From Vairimorpha necatrix (Eukaryota): a stretch of 64,000 bases of DNA. The DNA lies in the NCBI GenBank assembly GCA_036630325.1, contig CP142735.1, positions 620,001 through 684,000 on the forward strand, read 5' to 3'. Below, piece by piece: positions 61,890-64,000 of the stretch. A program made the position numbers and the translations under genes. The notes beneath the pieces were generated by a model. That model did no database searches. It saw only the letters and a program-made list of their open reading frames with translations, and was not told the DNA's origin. Numbering within the stretch: the stretch's first letter is position 1; the number at the start of each line of letters is the position of its first letter.

Positions 61890-63250
61890 AAATATACTCT
61901 CAGGGGAAAATAGCAAAAGTTACTTCTTAAGGTCATCTTTTCATTAAAGACAAGGAGGTATCGGAAATATCCAAAGTATATTTAAAATGTGAACACTATC
62001 AAAAGTACAAGTGCAAGTGCAAAGTAAGTTCAATATGTAATGCCGCAATTAAAGTGTGTGGCGAACATAATCATTCTATAGATGCCGCTAAAGTGGAATC
62101 CGATAAAAGATATGCATAATATTCGAGCCTTTGGAAACCCCTCAAAAGAAGCGCTACAATCAATTATATCAGAATGTTTATCACTATACAACCAAGCTGC
62201 AGCCTCGAAATTGACACGACGAGCGTAGCCTTTGTTATATTCGTCAAATTGCTAAAGCAGGCAGCGTGCTTCTAAATTCGAGCAGGAAATTGCGTTCACA
62301 GACAAATTTAAAGAAACGGCCAGAGGTGAACCCTTTCTGTTGTATGATTCTGGGGCAGATGGAAAAGGAATTTTAATTTTTTCGTCGATTACAATTTACA
62401 GATTTTGCAAGATAGTCAACAATAGTGGTAGATGGCACGTTTAAAACCGTTCCATTATTTTTTCTTCAATTGTACACCTTCACGGCCTAAAACAAAGTGC
62501 TTCAGTCCCCTTGGTCTTCGCTTTATTCTCAACTAAATTAGAGCAAACCTATTTCAGATTTCTTAGCACTTTGAAAGATTTTGAACCATCCTTAAATCCG
62601 CAATCGAAAACTGTAGATTTTTAAAAAGCATGCTGAATGCTATACAGTACAGTTTCCAGGAGCCATGTAAAAGAATAATTTTTTCATTTCTCCCAATGCA
62701 TTTTTCGAACCGTTCAAAATCATGGATTCAAACTACTGTACGATAAAGATCCAGAATTTGCACTGCGAATAGGAATGCTAGCAGCAATCGCATTTGTACC
62801 ATCCGATTTAGTTGTTGACGTTTTTGAAGAATAAGGTGACGGAATACTGATCATCAGAGCTTTAGCCGTCTAAGACTATTTTGAAGATACTTGTATTGAC
62901 CGTAAAAACCGAAGACAGCGTCGAACACCAAATTTTCATTAGAAATATGGAATATGTACACTATAACAATAGATGATCTTTCTAGGCCCAACAACCGGCC
63001 AAAGGTTGGCATTGAGGGGGGGGGGGTTCGAGTCGCAAACAGGTGGCACTCACCTGAATATTTGGAAGTTTATTAATTGCTTAAAAAAGAAACAAGCTCT
63101 AAATGAGGTTCAATTTGAACAATTTTTTGCTGGATATAATGCTTATCTTTATAAAAAAAAAGTATCGCGATTGCATAACGAGAATTCTAAATATCATTCT
63201 CAATTTTAACCGAGAAAATTTTAGGATATATTGGTTCTGTGCCCATGATC
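61890..63250 (+). mobile_element. Decayed Mutator-like (MULE, FLYWCH-type) transposase
   Basis: Remnants KCEHYQKYKC, LLYDSG, DGTFKTVP..QLYT, VPLVFAL, FFHFSQCIFR, DYFEDT and NIWKFI. Confidence 0.75.
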
Positions 63251-63429
63251 TATCATTTTAAAATAAATTTTTATTTTTTTTTACATTTTTTTATATATTT
63301 ATAAACATTTTAATACTTTTATATTTTTTAATTCATTTAGTGATATAAATATATTAATATTAACTGCTATATTGCATAATATATATGATTTCTACATAAA
63401 AATTTTTTAAATTAAATATATATAATGCA

Positions 63430-64000
63430 TATCTTCTTCATAATGTAAGCAAAGAAGATATAGTTCATTCTGGTCTACCATGTGGAAAGAAAGAGCAATC
63501 CGAAGACTGCAATAGTTTCGAGGAGTATCTTCTAGAATACATTCCTGATGGCCAAGGTTAGATCACTTTCCCAACCTTGCAGGAATTTGTAGATATTATT
63601 AAATATTTACCAAATTGAAAGGCTGCAAGCTGTGATGGAATCTTCAATTTCTTTATTAAGAAGTGTGAAGCTCTACACCCATTTCATTACAAGATTGTTA
63701 AGGAAGTATGCCTGATGGGAAAGAACCCAAAGCTTGGTTCTACAAGGGATTCCTTATTTAATCCCCAAAGGTACCCCCCCCCCCACTAGTGGTAACGACT
63801 TCAGGCCAATTACCTGTATGTTGAACCCCTACAAGCTTTCAACGAAATGCACTACGAAAGTAATGCAGCTAATTGTAGAAAGTAGAGGGCTACTAGCAGT
63901 TAACCAACTAGGGACAGTTAGACAAGTCCAAGGAACAAAAGAACAAGCTATGATTAATTTAGCAGTCAATAAGGAGCATGGAAACAGGCTGAAGACCTCG
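63430..64000 (+). mobile_element. RT-region fragment of the RLE LINE family, runs off the window
   Basis: Reverse-complement match to ~5000-5560. Confidence 0.9.

Overview
Very AT-rich eukaryotic DNA, most likely microsporidian. This is an inference from intronless genes, CCC motifs just upstream of ATGs, and a TE mix of Ty3/gypsy, Merlin, Tc1, hAT, Ginger-like, MULE and RLE-LINE. The only host genes are four ABCG-type half-transporter paralogues: one intact, two with 1-nt homopolymer frameshifts and one with a TGG>TAG stop. They sit in a dense, deeply nested TE field whose boundaries can mostly be fixed by TSDs. The main observations are: (1) Ty3/gypsy elements with extremely short LTRs (38 bp and 76 bp). 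In these and in a 224/231-bp-LTR pair, the gag frame opens at an ATG inside the 5' LTR behind a CCC-type motif. (2) A ~790-nt tRNA-headed, A-tailed SINE-like family with three copies, a 12-bp TSD, and a long GC-richer body whose stems are kept between copies. (3) A ~2.4-kb non-autonomous gag-protease element that shares a near-identical LTR 3' segment with the full-length relative inserted inside it. (4) Integrase-only TIR transposons carrying tRNA B-box/T-arm-like motifs. (5) A TSD-flanked, T-tailed mini-LINE. All boundaries were read by eye, and family names rest on motif recognition, not database searches.
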